A stretch of 36,520 nt of DNA from Candidatus Jordarchaeia archaeon (GCA_029856435.1 JAHQXB010000024.1:1-36520), one strand, 5' to 3'; shown: positions 9,951 to 18,947, counted from the first letter of the stretch. Notes: a model not told the origin generated them from the sequence alone. A program made the numbers and translations.

Positions 9951-10163
9951 AAGCTGATCTGGTTTTATGCAACCTCACGAAACTTCTTCACAAAGGGGAA
10001 ACAAATATAGGAGGGGAAGAAAAATGCGTAAGGTTTACGCCCCTCAGAGGGAGCAAATGGGGAGGTACCACTAATTGTGCAACGAAGCATGTGGGGTAAA
10101 AATGTTTATTACCTTTGCGATTCTATAATAAACAAAAACATTTGTGTATTTGGAGGACAATGC

Positions 10164-12983
10164 ATGGCTTTGAAAGGGAAACTAAGTAAAATATTCACGC
10201 GTAGAAGAGCTATTTTGATTATTTTAGCTATTATTATTGGTGTTATCGCATGGTTTGACTATTGGGCTATCTATTTTGACAATGTTTTTTATGGACCCAT
10301 CACTGCAGCTGTTCATTTTAAATTTAGAAGTTGGGCCATTGTACCTGGTTTGATTCCTTGGGGTGTTTCCCCTTATTCCCCTGAATGGATACCACTCATA
10401 TCTTACCCGATATATCCAACACATGTCATTCAAGAGTACTTTCAGGGTTTAGCTCCGATTGCATTATTTCTAGTGGCTTCTCTGGGTATGGGACTACCTG
10501 ACGGCTTGCTCGATACTGGAATCGTAGCTGGACTCTTTATTGTGGGCAAAGATTTACAGCTAAAAATTCTAATATATACTGGTGCCTACGACCCTACGAA
10601 AGGTGGATTTCTTGGAGCCTATGGTATTGTACTCACCATGATAGCAATGGGTGTCGCTGGTGGATTTTTCTCGCAGTTCGAAGTGTACAGTTTAATGTGG
10701 AAGAGCTTTGTATATTCATTCAGAAAAGTTGTAGTTACACTCACATGGTTGATTTTCTTGATAGCACCATTCCTTTTAGGGTACTGGGCTGATGTAAATT
10801 TCATAACACAGTCGAAACTACAATTTGGGCCTTGGACAATATATTATAACGAGGTGCTTATGCTTTGTTTCGTTTATGCTTTTGTGGTTGTGGCCCTCTC
10901 ATCCTTTTTCAGCAAGCGGTTCTGGAGCGGAGCATTCATAGGAGGTACAATAAGTTTCGCCTCCTTCGTTGGAATATTAAGGGCTGGAGCACCACAACTA
11001 ATTCATGACCTTATCTGGCTCCCCTACTATATATCGGTTCAGGGTAGCATAGTGAGGTACTTCCAAGACGCTTTGGGAGTTTGGCAGGCGGATCTGAACA
11101 TAGCTTACACAGCCTTGGCAGCAACATTCATTGCAATTTCGGCTCTTTGGGGAGGATTCTGGGCATCTATGGGAAGAGTCAGCTCTTACACCGAACCTAC
11201 ACCTGAAATGAAAACGCCGCAAGGTTTTGCATACATATTCCGAGACCTATGGTCAAACTACTTCCTTCTGGGAAAAAACGCAGTTGACGAATACAAGAAG
11301 GGCGCACCAGGATTAAGGGCTAGACTTCTGAGACTCTTTAAGAGGCAGCCTGAATACGAAACCTACGAGCACATGGATCGGGTGTCCAGAGGAGAAAAAC
11401 CTAGGCTACCAGAATACGACCTAGAGATCATACCCACAGGAGAAGACAAGTGCATGGTTCGAGTAATAAAAACAAAGGAGGAAATAGGTCCCCTTTACAA
11501 TCCAAACTATCTTGCAGAGAAATATAAGCCACACTGGAACCCCTTCGAGCTAGCATACCGAGTCAATGTAGTAAGATCAGTGACTCCGATAGTGGCATTG
11601 TTAATAGCAGTTGCTACTGTCTACTTCGCCATAACTATTCAACCCTACCTCCAAAACATATTTTTGCCAGGCGATTTATGGAGGCTTGTAACCACTGGAG
11701 AGGTGCGGATACTAGTAATAGCCGCAATAGTGCTATACGCCTTTATAGTCCTATTCTCAATATATTGGGGTAAAAAGTCTAGAGCAATACTGCAAGAATC
11801 TCCCGAAGGCGCACCAGCAGTCATAACCATAGGCATATTCTCAAGCGTGGCCTTCATATTCTCAGAATATATCCTTCTGAGACTGGCAGACTTTCTCACA
11901 ATTAACATTCTCAACTCTCCCTACTTCAGACAATTTGTTCTAGGAGAAGACCCAACACTAATCTCCATAACCCCTTCACTAGCGGATCAATATTCAATAA
12001 TAGCTGCGATACCATTCAATTTAACGTTCACCGCTTGCCTCTACGGAATATTATTCTTGCTGGCAGCAAGCTTCGTACTGGGACTATCTGGGGTACAAGT
12101 CCTGGGGCTTGAAAGATACACACTGTACTTTTACGCCAACCAGGGACCTCTATTTCCATATAAAGACCGTGAAGACGCCCCTATATGGGTAGAGGGCAAA
12201 TACTACTGGGTAATGCGCTTCACCTACTTGTGGCCAGGGGAATTCACATTGTCTTCAAGGTCCCTATACCACGAAGACTATGAAAGAGTGGAGGTTTGGG
12301 TCAACGCAGAGACTGGAGTGCTGGAATGGATAGTGAGCGATTATCACTGGAGAGAGCTTTTCTACCGTGTTCCAGACGATGGCAAGGACCACAGAATTAT
12401 TGTGGACTTTAACACCAACTTCCATACACCCAATTTTACTCTGCTCCACCCAGAAGAATTAGCGGACTTTGAAGTTGAAGACCCATTGAAGGCAGCCTTC
12501 ACTCTGAGCAAGGATTGGATTAAGAAGGGCCGCCAGAGAACCCGTGAACTCTTCAAGAGTGTAGGCCAAAAGGTTTCGACAAGTATTCTCCGAAAAGAAG
12601 AAGGATACGCAGTGAAAACTAGGTCGAAATATGTAGAAGATTACTTTGTAGACATTCCCCCAGGGGTTCGGCGAGCTACCGCAAACGTTTGCGCCAAGCT
12701 TCCCTGGAGTTTCTGGAGATACCCCTTGGGCGTTCCAACAATTGATCCCAAGACTGGAAAATACTACTACAGGGAGGACAAGTATTTCCCACCCTCCATT
12801 GACGCTCCACTGCACCCCATCAAAAAGAAGATAGATGGCATAGGCACATCTGCTGTTATAAACCAGCAAGTATGCGCCAACTGTTTCACTCTCAACACTA
12901 TAGACCTGCATTCAAGTGACGCTAAGAATTGGCAGTGTAAAAAGTGCGGAGAGGACATGAGAAGGCAATCAATGATTCACTAA
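10164..12983 (+). CDS. large polytopic membrane protein with a C-terminal Vps62/NPP1-like domain and terminal zinc ribbon
   Basis: ATG 10164 follows GGAGGA. Two blocks of TM helices are separated by a charged loop. The soluble C-terminal domain reads YYWVMRFTYLWP...YHEDYERVEVWV...WIVSDYH...NFHTP, followed by CANC...CKKC. Confidence 0.8.
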   Translation: MALKGKLSKIFTRRRAILIILAIIIGVIAWFDYWAIYFDNVFYGPITAAVHFKFRSWAIVPGLIPWGVSPYSPEWIPLISYPIYPTHVIQEYFQGLAPIALFLVASLGMGLPDGLLDTGIVAGLFIVGKDLQLKILIYTGAYDPTKGGFLGAYGIVLTMIAMGVAGGFFSQFEVYSLMWKSFVYSFRKVVVTLTWLIFLIAPFLLGYWADVNFITQSKLQFGPWTIYYNEVLMLCFVYAFVVVALSSFFSKRFWSGAFIGGTISFASFVGILRAGAPQLIHDLIWLPYYISVQGSIVRYFQDALGVWQADLNIAYTALAATFIAISALWGGFWASMGRVSSYTEPTPEMKTPQGFAYIFRDLWSNYFLLGKNAVDEYKKGAPGLRARLLRLFKRQPEYETYEHMDRVSRGEKPRLPEYDLEIIPTGEDKCMVRVIKTKEEIGPLYNPNYLAEKYKPHWNPFELAYRVNVVRSVTPIVALLIAVATVYFAITIQPYLQNIFLPGDLWRLVTTGEVRILVIAAIVLYAFIVLFSIYWGKKSRAILQESPEGAPAVITIGIFSSVAFIFSEYILLRLADFLTINILNSPYFRQFVLGEDPTLISITPSLADQYSIIAAIPFNLTFTACLYGILFLLAASFVLGLSGVQVLGLERYTLYFYANQGPLFPYKDREDAPIWVEGKYYWVMRFTYLWPGEFTLSSRSLYHEDYERVEVWVNAETGVLEWIVSDYHWRELFYRVPDDGKDHRIIVDFNTNFHTPNFTLLHPEELADFEVEDPLKAAFTLSKDWIKKGRQRTRELFKSVGQKVSTSILRKEEGYAVKTRSKYVEDYFVDIPPGVRRATANVCAKLPWSFWRYPLGVPTIDPKTGKYYYREDKYFPPSIDAPLHPIKKKIDGIGTSAVINQQVCANCFTLNTIDLHSSDAKNWQCKKCGEDMRRQSMIH

Positions 12984-13032
12984 AAAATAAAGTTTCTCTA
13001 TTTTCTTCTTTTTTGTTTCTCTTCCTTATATC

Positions 13033-14355
13033 TTAGTATTTGCTGTTTAGGAAATTTTCCAGCACCTCTTCCAAATCGGGTTTCCCTATTTCTTGGAGTT
13101 CGTATCTTATTCGGACTGTGGTTTTGTTAACTTTTAGGAGTCTTCTGAGGTCTATGGGTGTACCTATAATCACTGTGTCGCAGTCTGTGGCTTCGATGGT
13201 TTGTTTTAGTTCATCTATTTGTTCGGGGCTGTATCCCATTGCGGGTAGGAGTGCGCCTATTTGGGGATATTCTTCGAATACCTTTTTTATGGAGCCTACA
13301 GCATAGGGTCTGGGATCAACTATTTCTTTCGCCGCATATTTTCTCGCAGCCACTATTCCCGCCCCATAGCTCATTCCGCCGTGGGTTAGGGTGGGGCCGT
13401 CCTCCACTACCAGTACCCTTTTGTCTCGGATGAGGTCGGGGTTTTCCACAGTAATGGGGGATGCGGCTTTGATTATGGTTGCTTTGGGGTTGAGTTTTTT
13501 GATGTTTTTTATGGTTTGCTCCACATGGTCAGGTTTTGCACTGTCAATTTTGTTGATTATGACTATGTCTGCCATGCGGGCGTTTGTTTCTCCGGGATAG
13601 TAGGTTAATTCATGTCCTGGTCGGTGGGGGTCAACCAGCACTATTTGTAGGTCGGGTTTATAGAAGGGAAAGTCATTGTTGCCCCCATCCCACAATATTA
13701 TGTCCGCCTCTTTTTCGGCTTCCCCCAAGATTTTTTGGTAGTCAACCCCCGCATACACAATGTTCCCCCTATCAATATGAGGCTCATACTCTTCCCTCTC
13801 CTCTATGGTGGTTTGGTACTTGTCCAAGTCTTCATAGGTTGCAAATCTTTGGCATACCTGGCTTTTCAGGTCTCCGTAGGGCATAGGGTGTCTTATTACC
13901 ACCACTTTTAATCCTCTGCTGCGAAGAATGTCTGAAACTTTTCTGGTAGTTTGACTTTTCCCCGAGCCTGTCCTCACAGCACATATAGATATTACCGGTT
14001 TTTTGGATTCTAGCATAGTGGCTTTGGGACCCATGAGTCGAAAATCAGCTCCACAGGCAAGTACAAGTGAGGCCTTATTCATCACGGTTACATGAGAGAG
14101 GTCAGTGTAAGCTAGAACTACTTGTTCCACATCGTATTTTTTAATGAGGTTAGGTAGTTCTTCTTCGGGATATATTTTTATGCCTTTAGGGTAGAGGGGA
14201 CCGGCAAGTTCTGGAGGATACACCCTGTTCTCTATTTTGGGTATTTGAGCTGCTGTGAAAGCCACAACCTCATATTGATCGTTTTGTCTAAAGTAAACGT
14301 TAAAATTGTGGAAATCTCTTCCCGCCGCACCCATGATTATCACTCTGGTTCTCAA
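13033..14355 (-). CDS. COG2403 P-loop protein (cyclic 2,3-diphosphoglycerate synthetase / arginine synthetase ArcE-like)
   Basis: RVIIMGAAGRDFHNFN, AVRTGSGKSQT, RHPMPYG, TIEEREEYE, WDGGNNDFP, VVEDGPTLTHGGM, PAMGY. Likely TTG start at 14355 (ORF track starts at 14415). Confidence 0.9.
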   Translation of the reverse strand: MRTRVIIMGAAGRDFHNFNVYFRQNDQYEVVAFTAAQIPKIENRVYPPELAGPLYPKGIKIYPEEELPNLIKKYDVEQVVLAYTDLSHVTVMNKASLVLACGADFRLMGPKATMLESKKPVISICAVRTGSGKSQTTRKVSDILRSRGLKVVVIRHPMPYGDLKSQVCQRFATYEDLDKYQTTIEEREEYEPHIDRGNIVYAGVDYQKILGEAEKEADIILWDGGNNDFPFYKPDLQIVLVDPHRPGHELTYYPGETNARMADIVIINKIDSAKPDHVEQTIKNIKKLNPKATIIKAASPITVENPDLIRDKRVLVVEDGPTLTHGGMSYGAGIVAARKYAAKEIVDPRPYAVGSIKKVFEEYPQIGALLPAMGYSPEQIDELKQTIEATDCDTVIIGTPIDLRRLLKVNKTTVRIRYELQEIGKPDLEEVLENFLNSKY

Positions 14356-14604
14356 GTCACAGCCTCCAGCAAATAGGGAAAGAGAGTTTCTTAATTGTTG
14401 AGACGTATACTGCACACTTTTTATAAGGATAATGTATGCAAAACCATTAAAATAAACTAGTATTACGTCTCGGATGCAAGTTGAATGTTATGTTTGGAAG
14501 GGATAAAAAATCTAAAACCGCGCCTTAATGGAACATTCCCAATTTTTGAGGGAGGGAGGTGAATAAAGTCGAAAAATAGTTTTAGGTTAACAGTACCATG
14601 AAAT

Positions 14605-14792
14605 CCATATGTTTAAGCAACACTCCGGGTGGCTGAATTTTTGTGGTGACCTTGCCTTTAGCCTGCCTCCGCATCCCTTCCCACCTCCATTTTTCTACAC
14701 AAAGGTCTTAAAAAAGATGGGGAGATGGTTTCTCTCAAAGCCAGCCACAAAAACAGACCCCTACAGGTAGGAGTGCTGCCTTAAACATATGG
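14605..14792. mobile_element. 188-bp MITE with terminal inverted repeats and a 7-bp target-site duplication
   Basis: Perfect TIR CCATATGTTTAAG (14605-14617) / CTTAAACATATGG (14780-14792). The direct repeat ATGAAAT lies immediately outside both ends (14598-14604, 14793-14799). Further internal inverted pairs. No ORF. Confidence 0.8.
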
Positions 14793-14832
14793 ATGAAATG
14801 GAATGGAAAAGTAGTTATTTGCTTATTAGGGT

Positions 14833-15234
14833 TTAGTTGGAGATAGAGCGTAATATTTTTTCTTGTATTTTTTCGAATATTGCTTCGTTGTAGTTTAGTC
14901 TTTCCACTTTTACTCTTGCTCTTTGGGAGATTAGGAGGAGGTAAATTTTGTGCATTGTTTCGCGGTCGTATACTAGAAGTGAGAAGCTGAGCCCGCTTAG
15001 TCCGGGTTCGCCTTTAACTCCTTCCCTGAGGAGTTTGTTATCGTTTTCGTAATCGTTGATTATTTTTCCCAAGTTTTTTGGTTCGGATATTCTACCGTTA
15101 AAGGAATAGTTTACTCGGTACACCCCGTTTTCTTTTATGTTTTGGAGTATGATCTCGTGTGGTTTTACCAGTGATTGGTCTGTTTCCTCTGAAAATTCGG
15201 TTAGGCTGGATGGTTTTTCCGCAGACGAGATCAT
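14833..15234 (-). CDS. hypothetical protein
   Basis: Open frame with normal composition. ATG 15234 is preferred because the longer ORF-track start crosses a tandem repeat. No family recognised. Confidence 0.6.
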   Translation of the reverse strand: MISSAEKPSSLTEFSEETDQSLVKPHEIILQNIKENGVYRVNYSFNGRISEPKNLGKIINDYENDNKLLREGVKGEPGLSGLSFSLLVYDRETMHKIYLLLISQRARVKVERLNYNEAIFEKIQEKILRSISN

Positions 15235-15290
15235 TTTAGTTACCCATTTTTGGATGGGTCTCTGTGGAATATAAACACCTTTGCGTATAC

Positions 15291-15317
15291 TGTTTCCAGT
15301 GTTTCCAGTGTTTCCAG
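15291..15317. repeat. 9-bp tandem repeat x3 (TGTTTCCAG)
   Basis: Three perfect copies in the divergent intergenic region upstream of the Roadblock gene. Confidence 0.9.
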
Positions 15318-15417
15318 TGAAAAACTTCAAAAACATGCTCTTCGTAAATTCTTAGCAGAAAAACCAACATAATTAAATAAGTGAAACATTAAAAGAGCGT
15401 TTTTGGGTGCGAGCCTG

Positions 15418-15792
15418 ATGGATGCCAAAAAAATAAGTTTACTGGAGGAAATCTTCAAAGAAAAATTTGAGTCCTCCAATTTTAATGCTTTTCTGCTTGA
15501 CGAATCAGGGAATATAGTTGTGAGTAAATTGAGAAAAGGAGGAGAAGAATTCAGTGAGGAAGCGATGAATTTACTGGAAAACCGTAAATGCATTTCCGAC
15601 TGCTTCAAACAGGGGGAGGTTGAAGACTTTATACTCCGCACTAAGGAAGGATACATTGTTGCGGTCACTGTACACTCCCACATTCTCGCAGTTTCAGGAG
15701 TGACAGAAGAGGATATGGGAGAAATCCTGAAAAGAGTAAAAGCAGTCGCCAAAACAATCGAGAACAAAGCCTTTTCCAAGAAAAAAGAATGA
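15418..15792 (+). CDS. Roadblock/LC7 (MglB-like) domain protein
   Basis: About 124 aa with the Roadblock pattern: FLLDESGNIVVS, GEVEDFILRTKEGYIVAV, ILAVSG, MGEILKRVKAVAKTI. Confidence 0.85.
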   Translation: MDAKKISLLEEIFKEKFESSNFNAFLLDESGNIVVSKLRKGGEEFSEEAMNLLENRKCISDCFKQGEVEDFILRTKEGYIVAVTVHSHILAVSGVTEEDMGEILKRVKAVAKTIENKAFSKKKE

Positions 15793-15816
15793 AAACAATC
15801 TAGAATCTCTCTACCA

Positions 15817-16242
15817 GTGACCTCCTCCACCATTTGAAAATGGTGGCTTCCAGGTTTCGTTCACCATTTCCCGCTTGTCGCCAACACGGTGTTTTATGGA
15901 TGTTTGTGGGGTTGCACCTTCACCTTCAAGGCTTTAACGGTGCAAGGCCAACGCCTCTCAGGCTTATCTCCCTCTTCCTTGTGCTTCAGGGCCTGGTCAC
16001 CTGATGACTGGTACTCCAGTCAAGACCCTAGGCCAGACGTCGAGCCTGGCACTCGTTCGTTGCCGAACGTATTGAAGCCCTTTTCGGGTATCTCAAGCTT
16101 CATTCGCACAGTGTGGCTTGGTTTTCTCCGATTGTTCCCCCTTAAGGGGAACATTTTGATATTCTGTTCGTTTTGCCAGCTCAAAAAAACTTCCTCAATT
16201 CATCCACTGTTTGAAAACGGTGGTCTTCTTGAGGTGGTCTTT
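15817..16242 (-). mobile_element. complete IS200/IS605-family non-autonomous miniature element (~426 bp), no transposase
   Basis: Right end GGAAG-CCACCATTTTCAAATGGTGG-AGGAGG-TCAC (hairpin 15827-15846). Left-end hairpin CCACTGTTTGAAAACGGTGG (16204-16223) carries compensatory changes. TTTAT is just outside the left end. The interior is rich in hairpins. Confidence 0.85.
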
Positions 16243-16538
16243 ATAAAATAAGCTGGCATGAATATAACCTTCCACACCACAGGAATTAGCAGATTTTATC
16301 ACGGATAAGGGAATGCAGCAAGCCAGTTTTAGAATTAAGCTCGAGCTCAAACCCATTTTAGGATTGACACATTCTTTTCGCATTTCCTAAAAAAGCCAGT
16401 TTAAAACATTAAGCATCGTGTTCTCAATCATACCTCCAAATTTCTGTCCAGAAATCATATAAAAATTTTGGAATAGGTGAATGTAACAAAAAGAACGAAA
16501 AAAGGGGAGAAGGGGTGAGTTCATAGGGATTACTTTGT

Positions 16539-17765
16539 TTAGGGCATGGAATCGATGTCTTCTAGGATTTGCAGGCATAGTTTTAAGGCTTTTTGCAGAT
16601 TTTTCTCATCTATGTTTTCGGGGACATCTTCGGGAATATGCCATAGTGTAAACAGCTCGTTTTCATCCATGCCCATGATGGTGACTGACTTAAAGCCCTG
16701 TCTAGCAATAGGGGTGGCGTCAGTGTTTCCATATTTGAGCTCAATGGGTTTTACCTTTACATTACATTTCTTTCCAGCATTGACAACTATTTCTGCCAGT
16801 TCCTTTGAAAGGTTTCCCGATACGGAAATCTCCCTAGTTACTACTCCGAAGCTTCCCTGACCCACAGTTTCCATGTTGAACACGTAGGCATCTTTAAGCT
16901 CTTCCCCATGTCTTTGGGCGAAAACTTTGCTTCCCAGGGTTGCGGGCTCCTCTGTCCCAAAAGAGACAAGCCAAACCTCCGTATCTCTAGGCGGCTTCTT
17001 TGAGACATTCTCTGCTATGCCCAGAATCACGGCAACCGCTGAAAGGTTGTCATTAGCACCCATTACGGGCCGCTTCGTAACCATGTTGAATGTGAAGTAG
17101 GCGCCGGATAGTAGACTAATTAGTCCCACCGCTACTGCGGGCACATCGAGGGGTAGATAGAATCTTATCAGGTTAGCAAAGGTGAAAAGCCCTAGACTAA
17201 TTGTGAATAAGTTAAATCCAGTAAAGAGATCCAGAAAGATCCAAATGCTTTTCACCGCCGCCAAGACTGCGAAGACGATGGCGGAGTAGACTGGAATGTT
17301 CTGCAGTATGTGTAGTCTTTTCTTCTGCTTTGCAAAGAGAGGCATGTAGAATGCGGAATCGTGGTGGCCCGAAAAAATCACTTTCCTCTTAGCCTTATGT
17401 ACAGGTTTAATTATTGCTATTACGTTCTCCGAGGCTGCAGATTTAAATAGTGGATCGATTATTTCTTTTCCCCGCATTCGTGTTAGGAACAGAATTAGAA
17501 TTGTTATTACTATGATTAGAGTAGTTAACGCCGGGATTATAAAATAGAGAATAAATGCTATGAGTATACAGGAGAACTCGAAAAGGATAAGGCCCTGCAA
17601 AACGCTGGGGTGGCACTTAAATTCTTCCACCATAACCTTGTCACTTAGAGGCTTTAATTTCTTCTTCAAGTAATCTGCTGCTTTGGCCTCCTCTGGGCTT
17701 CCCGCTATTCTAGGACCTATTGTTTTACAAATCTCAAAGATGTAATCCACAAGTTTCCCAGGCAA
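16539..17765 (-). CDS. M28-family metallopeptidase with inserted TM helices
   Basis: PRIAGSPEE, SGHHDS, GANDNLSAVA, FGTEE, NMETVG, NTDA, WH; two hydrophobic insertions. Confidence 0.9.
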   Translation of the reverse strand: MPGKLVDYIFEICKTIGPRIAGSPEEAKAADYLKKKLKPLSDKVMVEEFKCHPSVLQGLILFEFSCILIAFILYFIIPALTTLIIVITILILFLTRMRGKEIIDPLFKSAASENVIAIIKPVHKAKRKVIFSGHHDSAFYMPLFAKQKKRLHILQNIPVYSAIVFAVLAAVKSIWIFLDLFTGFNLFTISLGLFTFANLIRFYLPLDVPAVAVGLISLLSGAYFTFNMVTKRPVMGANDNLSAVAVILGIAENVSKKPPRDTEVWLVSFGTEEPATLGSKVFAQRHGEELKDAYVFNMETVGQGSFGVVTREISVSGNLSKELAEIVVNAGKKCNVKVKPIELKYGNTDATPIARQGFKSVTIMGMDENELFTLWHIPEDVPENIDEKNLQKALKLCLQILEDIDSMP

Positions 17766-18081
17766 AAGTTCACCTCCACCTTATCTAAAAGGAGTTAGCC
17801 TCCTTCACTAATTGATTAAGAAAGTTTCAGCAATCTTTATGATAAAACTTTCTATCCAAATATTTTAACCACTTGAGGTTAGCTACCTCAATAATGTGAA
17901 TTTATATACTCAGCCATCTATTTTTGGCCTTCAATATCCGGAAGGAGAGACCTGTAATTTCTAATTTAGGCAGGAAGAACAAAACCACAACGCTCAATTG
18001 TACAAACAACTAAAAAACAGTTGAAGAATGGTTTTCTACTTTTCCTAAATGCTTACCCGGCTTCCATTCCAAAAAATTACT

Positions 18082-18810
18082 TTATTCAGCAAATTTGGGT
18101 TTTCTCCTTGGCGGTCTAATTAGGTACCCCACCCTCTCAGCTAGTTTCACGTGGGTGAGCAGCATTGACTCCCTTGCCCTGCTGGCAAACAGTAAATTGG
18201 GAGTATCGTCCGTAATGGACATTCTTACAAAGTCGTCGCCCAGTTTATTCATCATTTTTACAAATTCTTCGTCTTTTACCAGCCTTTCAACCCTCTCCAC
18301 GTCGGAAGCCTTTACAATAAATTTATCTTTCAATTGGGGGGCGTCAACTTCTTTTAGTTCCTTTAGAACCAAGCTGTCCTCCTTTGTGATCTCCTTACTT
18401 GTGGGGTTAATGATTTCGAGGTGGAATCTGGGTTTAGCTTCAAGATTAGCCTGTGTGAAGAGCATATCATAATGAGGACGGAATTTTGAGATTATGTGAT
18501 GGATGAGATTCTCTCTGTTAAGCAGGAATAGAACCACTTCCCATTTTTTAAGGGGAATGTTTCTTTTGGTTTCGCAGTAAAGTCTGAAACCGCTGGTTCT
18601 GAAGATTTGTTGCTTGCTTTTCTCACACTTGGGGCTGAGCTCTGCTTTTAGAATGGTTCCAAACCTGCTAATGAGTATCCTGTTGTATTTGGAGCCCCAT
18701 ACATAAACGGCGACGAAAACGGCCATAATGCCCATAACAACAAACATTCCAACTGTCCCAAAAAGTTCAACTGGATCCACAAATTCAAACACCACAGCCA
18801 CCTCACACAT
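18082..18810 (-). CDS. CCDC47 / DUF1682 (PAT complex subunit)-like single-pass membrane protein
   Basis: An N-terminal TM helix is followed by YVWGSKYNRIL, LFLLNRENLIHHIISKFRPHYD and KFIVKAS...DDFVRMSITD. These follow the CCDC47 pattern as recalled (YxxGxxxNxxLA; LxxRQDLL...RPxxD; SxHFSDQ). Confidence 0.7.
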   Translation of the reverse strand: MCEVAVVFEFVDPVELFGTVGMFVVMGIMAVFVAVYVWGSKYNRILISRFGTILKAELSPKCEKSKQQIFRTSGFRLYCETKRNIPLKKWEVVLFLLNRENLIHHIISKFRPHYDMLFTQANLEAKPRFHLEIINPTSKEITKEDSLVLKELKEVDAPQLKDKFIVKASDVERVERLVKDEEFVKMMNKLGDDFVRMSITDDTPNLLFASRARESMLLTHVKLAERVGYLIRPPRRKPKFAE

Positions 18811-18947
18811 CTTAAACCAAATCCCCCTTTAAAACTCTTACTAAGCACAAAAAATGAAAGTTTTTATACGTTGCCATTTTTAAAAGCTTAAATATAAATA
18901 GCGGATAGGTATTTTAGAAATATTTAGAATTCCGTGAAGGGCTTAAA

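Noticed and set aside
10024-10074. 16-codon ORF and small hairpins between transporter 2 and the large membrane gene
   Set aside because: Too short and featureless to separate from chance.
15327-16383. ORFs 15327-15833(-), 15889-16251(+) and 16195-16383(-)
   Set aside because: They are antisense to the Roadblock gene or lie within the miniature element; composition is not protein-like.
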